Numbered from the stretch's first letter, positions 17,721 to 27,468 are shown. The stretch is DNA of 34,575 nt from Polyangiales bacterium (GCA_045106895.1 JBGCFM010000122.1:1-34575), one strand, 5' to 3'. Program-made: numbers and translations. The notes: generated by a model not told the origin, from the letters alone.

Positions 17721-19942
17721 TGCGCATCTTGAGCATCGCGAAGCGTGAACTGCGCTCGTTCTTCGTTTCGCCCATGGCCTACGCCATCCTTGTGGCCTGG
17801 CTGCTGTGGTGCGGCGCCAACTTCGGCATGCTCGCAGAGTATTACGCGTCGAGCCCGAGCGTTGGCGGAAGCGACACGCCTCTCTCGTCGTTCTTCGGCG
17901 GCACCGTTTTCTTCTTCGTTCCGCTCCTTGTCTTCGTCCCGGTCTTGACGATGAGACTCATCGCCGCCGAACGTACGAGTGGCAGCCTTGAAGCCCTTAT
18001 GACCTCGCCGGTGCGCGAGTCGGAACTGGTCCTCGGCAAGTACCTCGCCGCGATGGTGTTCTTCGCGGCGCTCTGGGTTCCGACGCTGCTCTATGTGTGG
18101 ATCACGTCTCGCTTCGGAGACATCGACCTTGGAACTGTCGCCGCGAGCTACGCGGGCGTCATGGGCATTGGCGCGTTCTACATCGCCGTCGGTCTTCTCA
18201 TGTCGGCCCTCGCGCCGAACCAGGTCGTCGCCGCGACGATGACATTCTTGGTGCTCGGGCTGCTCTTCGCGGGCGGCATCATGCAGTACATCTCCGAAGG
18301 ACCAACACGCGACGTCCTCTCGCATCTGAGCATCTGGACGCACATGCAGGACTACTCGAAGGGCATCGTCGATAGTCGGACGTTGGTCTTCGATGCAAGT
18401 GTCACCGCCCTCGCTCTTTTCGGGGCCACCCGTGCCCTCGAGTGGCGACGAATAAGCGGCGGTCCGCGCGGCCGCGGCGAAGCCCTCGACGAAGCCGCAA
18501 CAGCGCGCAGCAAGGGCCGTTTTCATTCGTTTCTCGGTCTCATCCTGAGCGTTTGGATCGTGCTGATGGTGAACTTCCTCGCCTTCCGCCACTACGAACG
18601 CTGGGACTGGACAACGGAGTCCAGGTACACGCTCTCGGATCGCACGCTCCAGGTCGTTCACGGACTTGACCGCGACGTTGAGGTCGTCCTGCTTTTGTCC
18701 GACGGCGAAGAGCAGTTTGATGACGTGCGTGAACTTCTCCAGCGCTACGCGTCGGAGTCCACGCGGCTTCGCATTCGAGAGGTCGACCCGGACCGCAACC
18801 CCGCAGAGGCGCGCCGCTTGGCGCAGCGATACGATATTCGGCTCCAGGCGGACGGTGAAGGGACGACCCTCGCCGAGGTGGCCGCCCTCGTCATCAGCGG
18901 AGAACGTCGCTGGAAGGTGACACGGGACGACCTCATCCGTGTCGGCATGGGCGAGTCTGGCGATGCCCAGGTGGACATTCAGGCCGAGCGAGCGGTCACC
19001 GGCGCCATCGTCGAGATGGTGGAAGGTCGAACGACGAAGGTGTGCGCGACGACGGGTCACGGCGAGTGGAGCATCGGCGCCGGCGAGCGTTCGCTGACGT
19101 TCCTCAAGTCGGAGCTCGAACGCGAGAACACCGAGGTCGTTCCCATGAGTGGCGAAGAGGTGCCGAGTGAATGCGACGCCGTGTTTGTCCTCGGTCCCCA
19201 GCGAGCTTTCCGTGAGGAAGAGGCGGCGGGGCTTGTCGAATATGTTCAGGGCGGGGGACACCTGCTTCTTGCCCTCGATCCGCTGGTGACGCGCGAGGGG
19301 GTTCAGGCGACGGGCTTCGAAGACGCGCTAGCGCAGATTGGCGTCCGCCTCGACTCCGCCATCGTGATCGAGCCGGACCCACGACGAACACTGTCGCCGG
19401 ATCCCACAGACCGAATCCTCTTCGCGGTGCAGCCGCACCCGGTGACGATGCCTGCGCTCACCCGTGGTGGTCCTTTCCTTGTGAGCCTTGCCCAGAGCGT
19501 TCGAGGCGAAGGCGAGGATGTGGTGCCTCTCTTCGAAGGCTCGCCAGATTCCTTCGCGAAGGTTGACCTCAGTGCGCTCTTGGATGCAGACGTCGAGCCC
19601 GGCAACGGCGACATCGACGGGCCAGCGAACGTTGGTGTCGCGCGCGTCTTCCCAAGTGAAGATGAGAGCGAAGGGCGCCTTTTGGTCTTCGGCGACAGTG
19701 ACTGGATGAGCGATATGCTGCTCTCCGAACCGAGCTTCGCCAACGTGGACATCGTGATGGCCGCGACGGGCTGGCTGACGGAGCGTGACTCCCTCGTCGC
19801 CGTTCCCCCTCGAACGAGCCGAATGCGCGCCGTCGTCATGAGCGACGCGGATGTCTCCGGCGTTTGGCGCCGTGTGATGGTGTTCTTGCCCGGGGCGATG
19901 TTGCTCTTAGGCTTCGCCGTCTGGTGGTCACGGAGGCAATGA
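17717..19942 (+). CDS. Fused ABC-2 permease (GldF-like) + GldG-like auxiliary periplasmic component
   Basis: IAKRELRSFFVSPMAY and AERTSGSLEALMTSP..LVLGKY, then WDWTTESRYTLS, TGHGE, LVFGDSD and a C-terminal TM with WWSRR. ATGA-coupled to the ATPase. Confidence 0.88.
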   Translation: MMRILSIAKRELRSFFVSPMAYAILVAWLLWCGANFGMLAEYYASSPSVGGSDTPLSSFFGGTVFFFVPLLVFVPVLTMRLIAAERTSGSLEALMTSPVRESELVLGKYLAAMVFFAALWVPTLLYVWITSRFGDIDLGTVAASYAGVMGIGAFYIAVGLLMSALAPNQVVAATMTFLVLGLLFAGGIMQYISEGPTRDVLSHLSIWTHMQDYSKGIVDSRTLVFDASVTALALFGATRALEWRRISGGPRGRGEALDEAATARSKGRFHSFLGLILSVWIVLMVNFLAFRHYERWDWTTESRYTLSDRTLQVVHGLDRDVEVVLLLSDGEEQFDDVRELLQRYASESTRLRIREVDPDRNPAEARRLAQRYDIRLQADGEGTTLAEVAALVISGERRWKVTRDDLIRVGMGESGDAQVDIQAERAVTGAIVEMVEGRTTKVCATTGHGEWSIGAGERSLTFLKSELERENTEVVPMSGEEVPSECDAVFVLGPQRAFREEEAAGLVEYVQGGGHLLLALDPLVTREGVQATGFEDALAQIGVRLDSAIVIEPDPRRTLSPDPTDRILFAVQPHPVTMPALTRGGPFLVSLAQSVRGEGEDVVPLFEGSPDSFAKVDLSALLDADVEPGNGDIDGPANVGVARVFPSEDESEGRLLVFGDSDWMSDMLLSEPSFANVDIVMAATGWLTERDSLVAVPPRTSRMRAVVMSDADVSGVWRRVMVFLPGAMLLLGFAVWWSRRQ

Positions 19943-19943
19943 G

Positions 19944-22040
19944 ATGAACCGGAAAACAACCGCCGTCCTCCTCTGCACCGCTTTGGGTCTCTTCGGCTAC
20001 ATCGCCGCCTTCGAGCGCAACGCGCTGACCGGCGAAGAACTCGAAGGGCGCCAAGAGCGGCTCTTTGAACGATTTGCCCGCACGCGCGTGGAGCGAATCG
20101 AAATCGCGCGTGGGGAGACCACCATCCAGCTTGTGAAGCCCGTTCTTGAGGACGGCAGCATCGGCGAGTGGCGCATGCTCTCGCCGATGGAAACGCTGGC
20201 TGACGAGAACGCGATCAACGCGCTCCTCGGCGCCCTTGAGTGGTCCGACGCACGCCGCGAGTTCCGCGCCGAGTCCGGAGACGCGGAGCGCTTTGGCCTC
20301 TTGGAACCACGCATTCGTCTCTCTCTTTCGATGGGCCAAGAGACGCTCGTCATCGATGTTGGCGACGCCCAAGAGGCTGGCGGCGGCGTATACGTGAGTG
20401 ACGACGGCGGGGCGACGGTCAAGGTCGCTGGTCTCGATGTGTTCGAGGCCCTCGACCATGACGCAGAGCACTTCCGAACGCGGCGCCTGGCGCCTGCCGG
20501 CGTACTGACCGCGGACTCCCTTCGCATCGAGGGAGGCGGCGATATCCTTGATCTTCACAGCAGCGAAGAGCGCTGGACACGAAACGGCCTCTTTGTCGCG
20601 TCCGCAGCCGTGGAAGAAGCCCTCGAAGGTCTCACTAACCTTGAAGCAGAGAGCTACGAAGAGTCGGCCGTTGGGAACACGACCCTAAGCGTTGTGGCGC
20701 GACGACCAGCAAACGGCGACATTGAAGCCGCCACGCTTGAACTCACCGTCGGTGATGAATGCGAGGGCGCGGGACAAGTCCACGCCCAGGTCACCTTCAA
20801 CGGAACACCGGGGCCCGTCGCGTGCGTCTTGTCTTCGTCCCTCGACCCACTCCGTCGAGACTCCGCGGGGTGGCGTGAGCTTCGGCCTTTCACCACGTCG
20901 AACACGGACCTCCGCTCTCTTCGCCTCGAACGTGACGGCGTCATCCTCGCCATCGCGCGTGACGAAGACTCGGAGTGGAGCGGTACGGTGCCTGTCGATG
21001 GAGACGCTCTCGAAGCTTGGGTGCGCGAAATGCGCCGGAGCCGTGCTCGCGACGTCGTCGCCACCGAGGATTTTGCTTCACGCGGCCTCGACGCGCCGGT
21101 CGCGACGCTCACGTTGACCGGTACGTCCGGAACTCAGACGCTGCATGTGGGCAGCGAGGCTCCCGAAGGCCTCTTCGTGCGCCGCGACGAAGAAGCCGGC
21201 GTGATGGTCCTGGACCCTGCGTTCTTGGCACTTCTCGACGTCACCGGAGCGGCGATTCGGCCCCGCGGCGTCTTCGCGGGCGAGAGCGTGGAGGCTCTGA
21301 GCATCACGCGTGACGGTGTTCGTGAGGTTCTTGAGCCTGACGTGGGCCAAGACTGGAAGGTCACAGCCCCGGTGCAGCTCCCTGCCGACCGGAGTGCGAT
21401 CCGGGAGCTCATCGCGGACCTCTTGAGCATGGAGGCGCTTCGTTTTGTCGGCCCCGCGACGATGGAACACGGACTTGAAACGCCGCACCGCACCATCGAG
21501 TTCACAGCCCGTGTAGAAGAGACCGCCGATCCCGAGGAACATCGGCTGGTCCTCGGTTCGGAGACAAACGACGGGCGATTTGCACAGTTCGACGGAGGGG
21601 ATGTCTTCGTCATCGCCAACGTTCTGGTCACCCGTGTCCGTGCTCCTTTGGTCGCACGCGACACCTTGTCGGTTCCCACCTACGAGATCGACTCGATCCA
21701 CTTCGAGGGCGAAGGCCAAGAGTGGTCTCTTGAGCAGCGTGACGGGCACTTCCTCAACGGCGAGGAGCCTATCGACGACGAACTCGCCGGGCAGATTACG
21801 AATGCCCTGAGTCGACTTCGCGCGCGACCGGTGAGCTACAACGCGACTTCTGCTGCCGACGGCTTTGGCGGCACCGCCTTCGCCTCCTGGAGCGTCACGC
21901 TCGAGGATGGTGAGGTTCGAACCGTGCAGGTCGGTGGCAGCGACGGAAGCGGCGGTGTCTTCCTTCGAGGAGGCGGCATCAGCGTGACCTTCACGACGCC
22001 GGAAGAGTCCCTCGCGCCGCTCTTCAACTACCGCCCCTAG
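19944..22040 (+). CDS. DUF4340-like multi-repeat periplasmic protein associated with the Gld-like ABC system
   Basis: N-terminal TM and repeated W..P..AD / [FRH]GL.xP / L.[VL]G motifs (FGLLEP, RGLDAP, HGLETP). Starts 1 nt after the permease stop. Confidence 0.78.
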   Translation: MNRKTTAVLLCTALGLFGYIAAFERNALTGEELEGRQERLFERFARTRVERIEIARGETTIQLVKPVLEDGSIGEWRMLSPMETLADENAINALLGALEWSDARREFRAESGDAERFGLLEPRIRLSLSMGQETLVIDVGDAQEAGGGVYVSDDGGATVKVAGLDVFEALDHDAEHFRTRRLAPAGVLTADSLRIEGGGDILDLHSSEERWTRNGLFVASAAVEEALEGLTNLEAESYEESAVGNTTLSVVARRPANGDIEAATLELTVGDECEGAGQVHAQVTFNGTPGPVACVLSSSLDPLRRDSAGWRELRPFTTSNTDLRSLRLERDGVILAIARDEDSEWSGTVPVDGDALEAWVREMRRSRARDVVATEDFASRGLDAPVATLTLTGTSGTQTLHVGSEAPEGLFVRRDEEAGVMVLDPAFLALLDVTGAAIRPRGVFAGESVEALSITRDGVREVLEPDVGQDWKVTAPVQLPADRSAIRELIADLLSMEALRFVGPATMEHGLETPHRTIEFTARVEETADPEEHRLVLGSETNDGRFAQFDGGDVFVIANVLVTRVRAPLVARDTLSVPTYEIDSIHFEGEGQEWSLEQRDGHFLNGEEPIDDELAGQITNALSRLRARPVSYNATSAADGFGGTAFASWSVTLEDGEVRTVQVGGSDGSGGVFLRGGGISVTFTTPEESLAPLFNYRP

Positions 22041-22318
22041 ACGACAGGACCAACCGTCATCGACCCTCGGCGCTAGGCGGTTACTCGAATCGACGACGGC
22101 GAGCGCCCTCTTCGGGCGCCTTCGGCTATTCGACTATTCGATTCGACTAGGGTGGGCAGATGCGTGGGTTCTCCTCTACGACACGACGAGGGCTGGGCTT
22201 GGGCTCGGTGCGTTGACCGTCGCACCAAAGCGTCGAGCGTCGAGCCTCGAGAACCCAGAAACCACCAGGCACCGCGCCAACGGGTCGAAGACCGGACCTT
22301 GGAATTTGCAGCGGGCGC

Positions 22319-22346
22319 AAAAAAGCCCGCCTGGTGAGAGGCGGGC
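22319..22346 (-). terminator. Intrinsic terminator for the lipoprotein gene
   Basis: Stem GCCCGCCT/AGGCGGGC (22325-22332/22339-22346) with a 6-nt loop, followed by T6 on the minus strand, about 20 nt after the stop. Confidence 0.85.
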
Positions 22347-22365
22347 CGTTTGAGAAGCGAAGCTT

Positions 22366-22980
22366 CTAGTCGTCGCTAGGCGCCACCGACTCTACGGTGG
22401 TGTGGGAGCGGTACTCGATGAGACCCTCGGAGTTGTTGAAGCCGGAGCTTCCCACACGGGCGAAGGGTCCGCCGACCTTGATCTTGTTGCCGACGAGCAA
22501 GTCCGTCGGAATCGGCAGAAGGCCGGACTCTGGGTCCGGCGCCTCGTAGCGGCCACGTTCCGCGAGCTCGACGGCTTCGTCGATCTGCTCTTGGTTCTCC
22601 GCGTAACCGACGATCATCAGCTGCTTGCTGCGATCCTCTTCGTTGTTTGTATCCGCGATCCAGAAGTGAGGCGCAGCGGGGCGCGCGCAGGGCTCGCTCT
22701 CGCATTCCGGCGGCGTGTAGATGTCGACGATGTAGCCGGTCACCTCCACGGTGGTGTCGATGGTCGTGCGCAGTCGCGAGCGAAGACCGTAAATGGTGTA
22801 GCTGCCATCACCCAGTGTCGTGGGATGTGGTGGCGGCGGAAGCGTGGGCACCGCCGGCAGATTGGGCTGAACCTCCGGGAGAGCCTCGATGATCAAATCC
22901 GATGCCGGCTCGTTACAACCCGCCAGGGGGACCGTAAGAGAGGTCAGAAGGGCGAAGAAGATGTGTTTTTTGTTCATCAT
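22366..22980 (-). CDS. Hypothetical lipoprotein
   Basis: MMNKKHIFFALLTSLTVPLAG-C lipobox, Pro-rich linker and a beta-rich domain with a Cys pair. Has its own terminator. Confidence 0.82.
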   Translation of the reverse strand: MMNKKHIFFALLTSLTVPLAGCNEPASDLIIEALPEVQPNLPAVPTLPPPPHPTTLGDGSYTIYGLRSRLRTTIDTTVEVTGYIVDIYTPPECESEPCARPAAPHFWIADTNNEEDRSKQLMIVGYAENQEQIDEAVELAERGRYEAPDPESGLLPIPTDLLVGNKIKVGGPFARVGSSGFNNSEGLIEYRSHTTVESVAPSDD

Positions 22981-23089
22981 TCGTAGCTTCGAATTCGCGG
23001 TTCGCGATTGCCTTAGAGCCAGCCCGACGTGGGCGGCGCGACCCTACCATGGGCGATTCGCCGCAAACAAGTATCGGGATTCGACAACC

Positions 23090-25378
23090 TCAGGGCGCTG
23101 ACCCCTCTGTAGAACACGTTTCAACTTGATCGGCACCGGCTGCCACTCGCTGGACAGGTCCTGGCGCTGCCGCAGCCACTCGCTGAACAACCTCCAACGC
23201 TTCGGGGCTCGCGATCGCGGCGAGGGCGACGATGGCCGAAGACGCCACTTCCTCGTCAGGCGCCCACGCGTTGGGTCGCATTCCGCGTTCGACGATGGAG
23301 GTCAATCCGTCGACCAAAGCGGGTTCGCAACGAGAACGTGCCAGTTCAACCCCGGCCTGCAGCACTACAGGCCATTCGTCATCATCCGCCAGGCGCCGGT
23401 TGATGCGACGAGCCACCTCTGGGTCCATCGTCGTCGTCTGCCGCAGCTGCACACGGATAGCGGCGGCGCGTACGTTTTCATGGCGGTCGTTCAGCCCGCG
23501 AGCTGTCCAGCGGTTAGGCGAGCGGTGGGATGCCGCCGTGAGCGCTTGGGCACGAACAAACGCCCACGGGTCCTCGGTGGCGAGGGTCTGAATCCGCGCC
23601 TGCGCCCACGAAGCGCGAGCGGTCTTCGCGGCTGCCACGGCGCGTACCCGTGGATACGGGTCAGCGAGGCCCTGCTCAAAGGCTGCCTGGGACGTCGAGG
23701 GAGAGAGGGTTCGAAGCGCTGCGAAGCGAAGCATCCACTCTTCCTCGTTCATCTGCTCTTCCACCCAGCGACGACTCTCGTCCGAGAGCGTGTCGACACG
23801 CTCCATGGCGCTCAGGAAAAGGTAACGCTGCTCGAAGGTCCCGGCCTCTCCGGCTCGGTGGAACAAGAGAGGCAGCAAGGCGGAGTCCGCTTGGGCTCGT
23901 GCGAGGGCGACGCTGACCTGAATGAGCGCGTCGAGGGGGGCGTCCGGCGCCCAGTCGCTCAACCCTGGCAGCTCACCGCCGCGGGCGATGCGGCCGAAGG
24001 CCCGGTTCAGGAGCTCTCCTTTGTGCCCAGCACGATACGCGTCGAGAACGGGGGGGAGCGCTCTTTGTACGTCGAGAGAGGCGAGGGCGTAGGCGCTCGC
24101 GTTCACCAGCGATCCAGTTTCCGGGCTTTCGGCGGGCTGCTCGACGAAGCTCTGCAGTCGACCGAGGTCGCGTCGACTCCGGAGGCCTTCCACCACTCGC
24201 TCGCGAAGGGAAGGATCAAGCCCGGCAACCTGCAGTCCTTGGGTCGCTACATCCCCTTCGATGCCCAGAAAGACGTCCACAGCAAACTGCCGCTCTCGCG
24301 CAGGCATGTCCGGATAGGCACGTGTGATCGCCGTGGCTGCAGGAGTCCCCATTCGTCGCAATAGCTGCGCCGCGCCACGCGCTTCGACGGGCCCGCGGGC
24401 AAAGCGGCCGACGAGGCTATCGACGCCGCCTCCATAGTCGAGTTCAGAGTACGCCGTGACCTCCGCGAGCCCGGCGTGCGGGCCCGCCGATGCGTCGAGG
24501 ACAATAGAAAGGCAGCCGCCGCGAATCGCTTCGGGAAGCTCCACCCACAAGGGAGCGCCGTCCGTCGCTGGTAGCTCGACGTACACCTGGTTCTCCGCGC
24601 CCACGAGCCAGACGCCGCGGGGTGGGCTGGCTTGTTCGAGGTGCGCATCGATGCGGACGGAACGGAGCGCGAGGCCTGCGTCCTGGGCGAAGGTAACGAA
24701 TTCCCACTGTCCATTGCCCGGTGCGTTTTCGATCCAGCCGCTTGTATTCGACCCATCCAGGAGCCGGAAAGGCACGGCGGCGCCGCTTGAAGCGCTCCGC
24801 GCGCGGAGCAAAGGCGCGACAGGGGCGCCGCTTGGACCGGGCGCCTCGGTCTGCGCCACAACGCGTGCACCTCCTTCTGAGAGCCGACGAAGGGTCACTG
24901 GGACGAGGCTCTTTGAAGGCAGGTGATATGCCCGCGGCGCGAGCAGCGTCGAGTCCTGCCCACAAATGACGCGCCCTTCGACGTTCTCTCCAACGACGAT
25001 GTCATCGAAGCCATCGCCATTCCGGTCCCCGACCTCGACGACGTCTCTGCGTCGCTCACCCGGATCTCCGCGCCATGCCACGTCTCCGCTCCATACGAGG
25101 CGGAGGCGGGCGCCTTGACGGCGAAGCAATAGCCGACGGGTTCCCACGTGCACCAGCGCGAGGGCCCCCTGTGCAGAAACGCCCACGACATGGATTTCGT
25201 CTATTTCTAGGGCGTCTGACCCAAGAACCTCTCGAAACTGGCCAGATCGCAGCTCGCCATTTTCAAGCGTCAACGAGAATCGACGGTTCTCGAGTTCAAA
25301 ACTCGAGCTCGGCGTCTGGGCACGGGCTCCGAGCGGAATCGTAAAAAGCCCTAAGAAAACAACAAGCAGACCACGCAT
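23090..25378 (-). CDS. Exported protein with FG-GAP/DxDxDG-like loop, discoidin-like domain and C-terminal HEAT repeats
   Basis: Signal peptide MRGLLVVFLGLFTIPLGARA-Q, DRNGDGFDDIVVG, LLDGSNTSGW, and HEAT units LADPYPRVRAVAA, EDPWAFVRAQA, LNDRHENVRAAA. Confidence 0.75.
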   Translation of the reverse strand: MRGLLVVFLGLFTIPLGARAQTPSSSFELENRRFSLTLENGELRSGQFREVLGSDALEIDEIHVVGVSAQGALALVHVGTRRLLLRRQGARLRLVWSGDVAWRGDPGERRRDVVEVGDRNGDGFDDIVVGENVEGRVICGQDSTLLAPRAYHLPSKSLVPVTLRRLSEGGARVVAQTEAPGPSGAPVAPLLRARSASSGAAVPFRLLDGSNTSGWIENAPGNGQWEFVTFAQDAGLALRSVRIDAHLEQASPPRGVWLVGAENQVYVELPATDGAPLWVELPEAIRGGCLSIVLDASAGPHAGLAEVTAYSELDYGGGVDSLVGRFARGPVEARGAAQLLRRMGTPAATAITRAYPDMPARERQFAVDVFLGIEGDVATQGLQVAGLDPSLRERVVEGLRSRRDLGRLQSFVEQPAESPETGSLVNASAYALASLDVQRALPPVLDAYRAGHKGELLNRAFGRIARGGELPGLSDWAPDAPLDALIQVSVALARAQADSALLPLLFHRAGEAGTFEQRYLFLSAMERVDTLSDESRRWVEEQMNEEEWMLRFAALRTLSPSTSQAAFEQGLADPYPRVRAVAAAKTARASWAQARIQTLATEDPWAFVRAQALTAASHRSPNRWTARGLNDRHENVRAAAIRVQLRQTTTMDPEVARRINRRLADDDEWPVVLQAGVELARSRCEPALVDGLTSIVERGMRPNAWAPDEEVASSAIVALAAIASPEALEVVQRVAAAAPGPVQRVAAGADQVETCSTEGSAP

Positions 25379-25579
25379 GCCGACGTCATAGCATCCTCGA
25401 AGGGGCGAGGTGGCCACTGCACTTTCCGGTTGCGTGACAGAGGTGACCAAGCCAACCGCCACCTGGGCCATTCTTTCAGAATTGAAAAAATCCCGACAAA
25501 AACGAAAATTCGCGCCCTTGCAGGGGTTTCCGCGGCGCGCAACGGGCCTTGCCTGGCACGATCTCCCCACCTGCGCAAG

Positions 25580-25596
25580 TCGGCACGCGACATGCA
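25580..25596 (+). promoter_or_regulatory. Putative sigma54 (-24/-12) promoter for the RpoD-family sigma gene
   Basis: TCGGCACGCGACATGCA versus consensus YTGGCACG-N4-TTGCW, with correct GG-N10-GC spacing. A-tracts upstream at about 25482-25510. Confidence 0.6.
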
Positions 25597-25743
25597 CTAG
25601 CTGGGGACACCGATAGCGCGCAGCAACGACACACCAGTCGGTTGCTCAAATCACAACCCAAAGCCCTTCGAGGGAAGCAATGCCGAGCGGTGGACGTTCA
25701 CCCAGGCGCGAACTCAAGGCACCGACCGACGAAACGAGAAAAC

Positions 25744-27081
25744 ATGGCCAAGGCACAAGCAAGAAAATCCGAGCCAAAAGCAGCTGAAAAGGGCGTCAAG
25801 GCTCCCAACAAGCTCACTCCCATCAGCACCCAAAAGGAGCCGAACCCCGCTCAGCTTGAAAAGGCGCGCACCGAAGCGGAGAAAGCCCTCAAGGAGCTTG
25901 AGCGTCAAGGCGCTGGCGATTCGACGCTCTCACGCTACTTCCGCGAGATGGCTTGCCATCGCGTCCTGACTCCTCAGGAAGAAATCGAAGCAGCGCGTCA
26001 GGTCGAGCAGCTTGAAGAAGGTTACTGGGAGGCGCTCTTCAGCTACCCGCCTTGCTTCGAGACCGTCGCCGCCGTCGTCGAGAAGAACGTCGAGGAGCCC
26101 CACGCGGACCTCGGTGCCCTCCGCAAGCTCGCCAAGAGCGCCAAGCGCGGCAAGCTCGGCAAGCGCCAGCAGGCGAAGTGGGACGAGCTCGCTGTCTCCC
26201 TCTCCAAGTTCCTTCGCGCCAACGACAGCGACCGCCTCTGGGTCCAGGAAGCCGACAAGGCCGTTCATCGTCTCGTGGGTGACTACGCCGAAGAGCGCGA
26301 CATGCTCGGCGACGAGATTCGCATCACCACCGCGTTCAAGAGCTACCTTAAGGTCGTCGCTCGGGGCCGTCGGGCACAGCAGCGCGCAAAGAACCGCTTC
26401 GTCGCCGCGAACCTTCGCCTCGTCGTCAGCATCGCCCGTCGTTACAACCGCGGCCGACTTCCTCTCATCGACCTGATTCAAGAGGGCAACATTGGCCTGA
26501 TGAAGGCCGTCGAGCGCTTCGACCACAACCGCGGTTACCGCTTCAGCACCTACGCATCCTGGTGGATTCGTCACGCCATCTCCCGCGCGCTCGCCGACAA
26601 GGGTCGCGCCGTCCGTATCCCGGTCCACATGCTCGACACGTACAACCGAGTCGCGCGAGCCACTCAGGCGATTGCGACGCGTACCGGCAAGGAGCCCACG
26701 CCCCAGGAGCTTGAGAAAGAGACCGGCATCGCCGCTGAGAAGCTTGAGAAGATCAAGGGATACTGGGCTGAGACGCCTTTCTCCCTCGACCGCCCCGTCA
26801 ACGACGAAGACGGCCGTAAGTTCATCGACTTCCTCGAGCAGGAGAACGTCCCAACGCCTTACGAGCAGCTCGTGAGCCAGAAGTGGAGCGAAGAGGTTCA
26901 GCGCCTCCTCGAGACGCTCACGCCCATGGAAGCTCGTATCCTGCGCTGGCGCTTCGGCCTCGACGACGAGGACGAGCTGACGCTCAAGGAAATCGGCGAC
27001 AAGTACAACCTGTCCCGTGAACGAATCCGCCAGCTCCAGGAGCAGGCTCTCGGCAAGATTCGCCGGCAGATCAAAGAGTAA
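25744..27081 (+). CDS. Alternative RpoD/RpoS-family (group 2-like) sigma-70 factor
   Basis: Region 1.2 (YFREM..LTPQEE), [44 protein letters not shown] and [10 protein letters not shown]. No acidic region 1.1, and it diverges from primary RpoD. Confidence 0.93.
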   Translation: MAKAQARKSEPKAAEKGVKAPNKLTPISTQKEPNPAQLEKARTEAEKALKELERQGAGDSTLSRYFREMACHRVLTPQEEIEAARQVEQLEEGYWEALFSYPPCFETVAAVVEKNVEEPHADLGALRKLAKSAKRGKLGKRQQAKWDELAVSLSKFLRANDSDRLWVQEADKAVHRLVGDYAEERDMLGDEIRITTAFKSYLKVVARGRRAQQRAKNRFVAANLRLVVSIARRYNRGRLPLIDLIQEGNIGLMKAVERFDHNRGYRFSTYASWWIRHAISRALADKGRAVRIPVHMLDTYNRVARATQAIATRTGKEPTPQELEKETGIAAEKLEKIKGYWAETPFSLDRPVNDEDGRKFIDFLEQENVPTPYEQLVSQKWSEEVQRLLETLTPMEARILRWRFGLDDEDELTLKEIGDKYNLSRERIRQLQEQALGKIRRQIKE

Positions 27082-27091
27082 CTAAAACTAC

Positions 27092-27137
27092 GGAGTGATG
27101 CGGCCGGTGTCTTCGGACACCCATGCGGTCTCACTCC
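27092..27137 (+). other. Bulged stem-loop with cUUCGg tetraloop in the sigma 3' UTR
   Basis: GGAGTGA/TCACTCC, GGCC/GGTC and GGTGTC-TTCG-GACACC pairings. Confidence 0.6.
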
Positions 27138-27160
27138 AACGCGCTACGCGCAAATCGGTA

Positions 27161-27198
27161 GAGCGGGGTTGCCTTCACGGGCAACCCCGTTCGTTTTT
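27161..27198 (+). terminator. Intrinsic terminator after the sigma gene
   Basis: GAGCGGGGTTGCC-TTCACG-GGCAACCCCGTTC followed by GTTTTT. Confidence 0.85.
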
Positions 27199-27201
27199 CC
27201 G

Positions 27202-27459
27202 TCACTCGCGGTATGTGCCTTTGGGTTTGGGCGCCCGCTTTGCGGCGAGGGCCTTCTTCTCCTGTTCGTATTCGTAGCGGTCTTGGCTCGCCTGAACCTT
27301 TTTGAGTATCGCTTCATCACCCTTCTTCAGGTAGCGATGCACCCCAAAGACACAGAGCGACGCGACGCCCACGACGGCGATGAACGCCGTCGTCGAGAGG
27401 TGCTCCCGAAGCTGGTAAACCAGCACATAGACGAGCGAGTAGCCAACATATCTCAGCAT
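27202..27459 (-). CDS. Small hypothetical membrane protein
   Basis: 85 aa, with one or two hydrophobic segments and a charged tail. Starts 9 nt after the dacB stop and fills the gap to the terminator. Confidence 0.6.
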   Translation of the reverse strand: MLRYVGYSLVYVLVYQLREHLSTTAFIAVVGVASLCVFGVHRYLKKGDEAILKKVQASQDRYEYEQEKKALAAKRAPKPKGTYRE

Positions 27460-27468
27460 TGAAGCAAC

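Noticed and set aside
17453..19261. 602-aa minus-strand ORF
   Set aside because: Antisense shadow of the ABC permease, with no motifs.
23126..24364. 412-aa plus-strand ORF
   Set aside because: Antisense to the HEAT-repeat gene, whose frame has a signal peptide and recognisable repeats.
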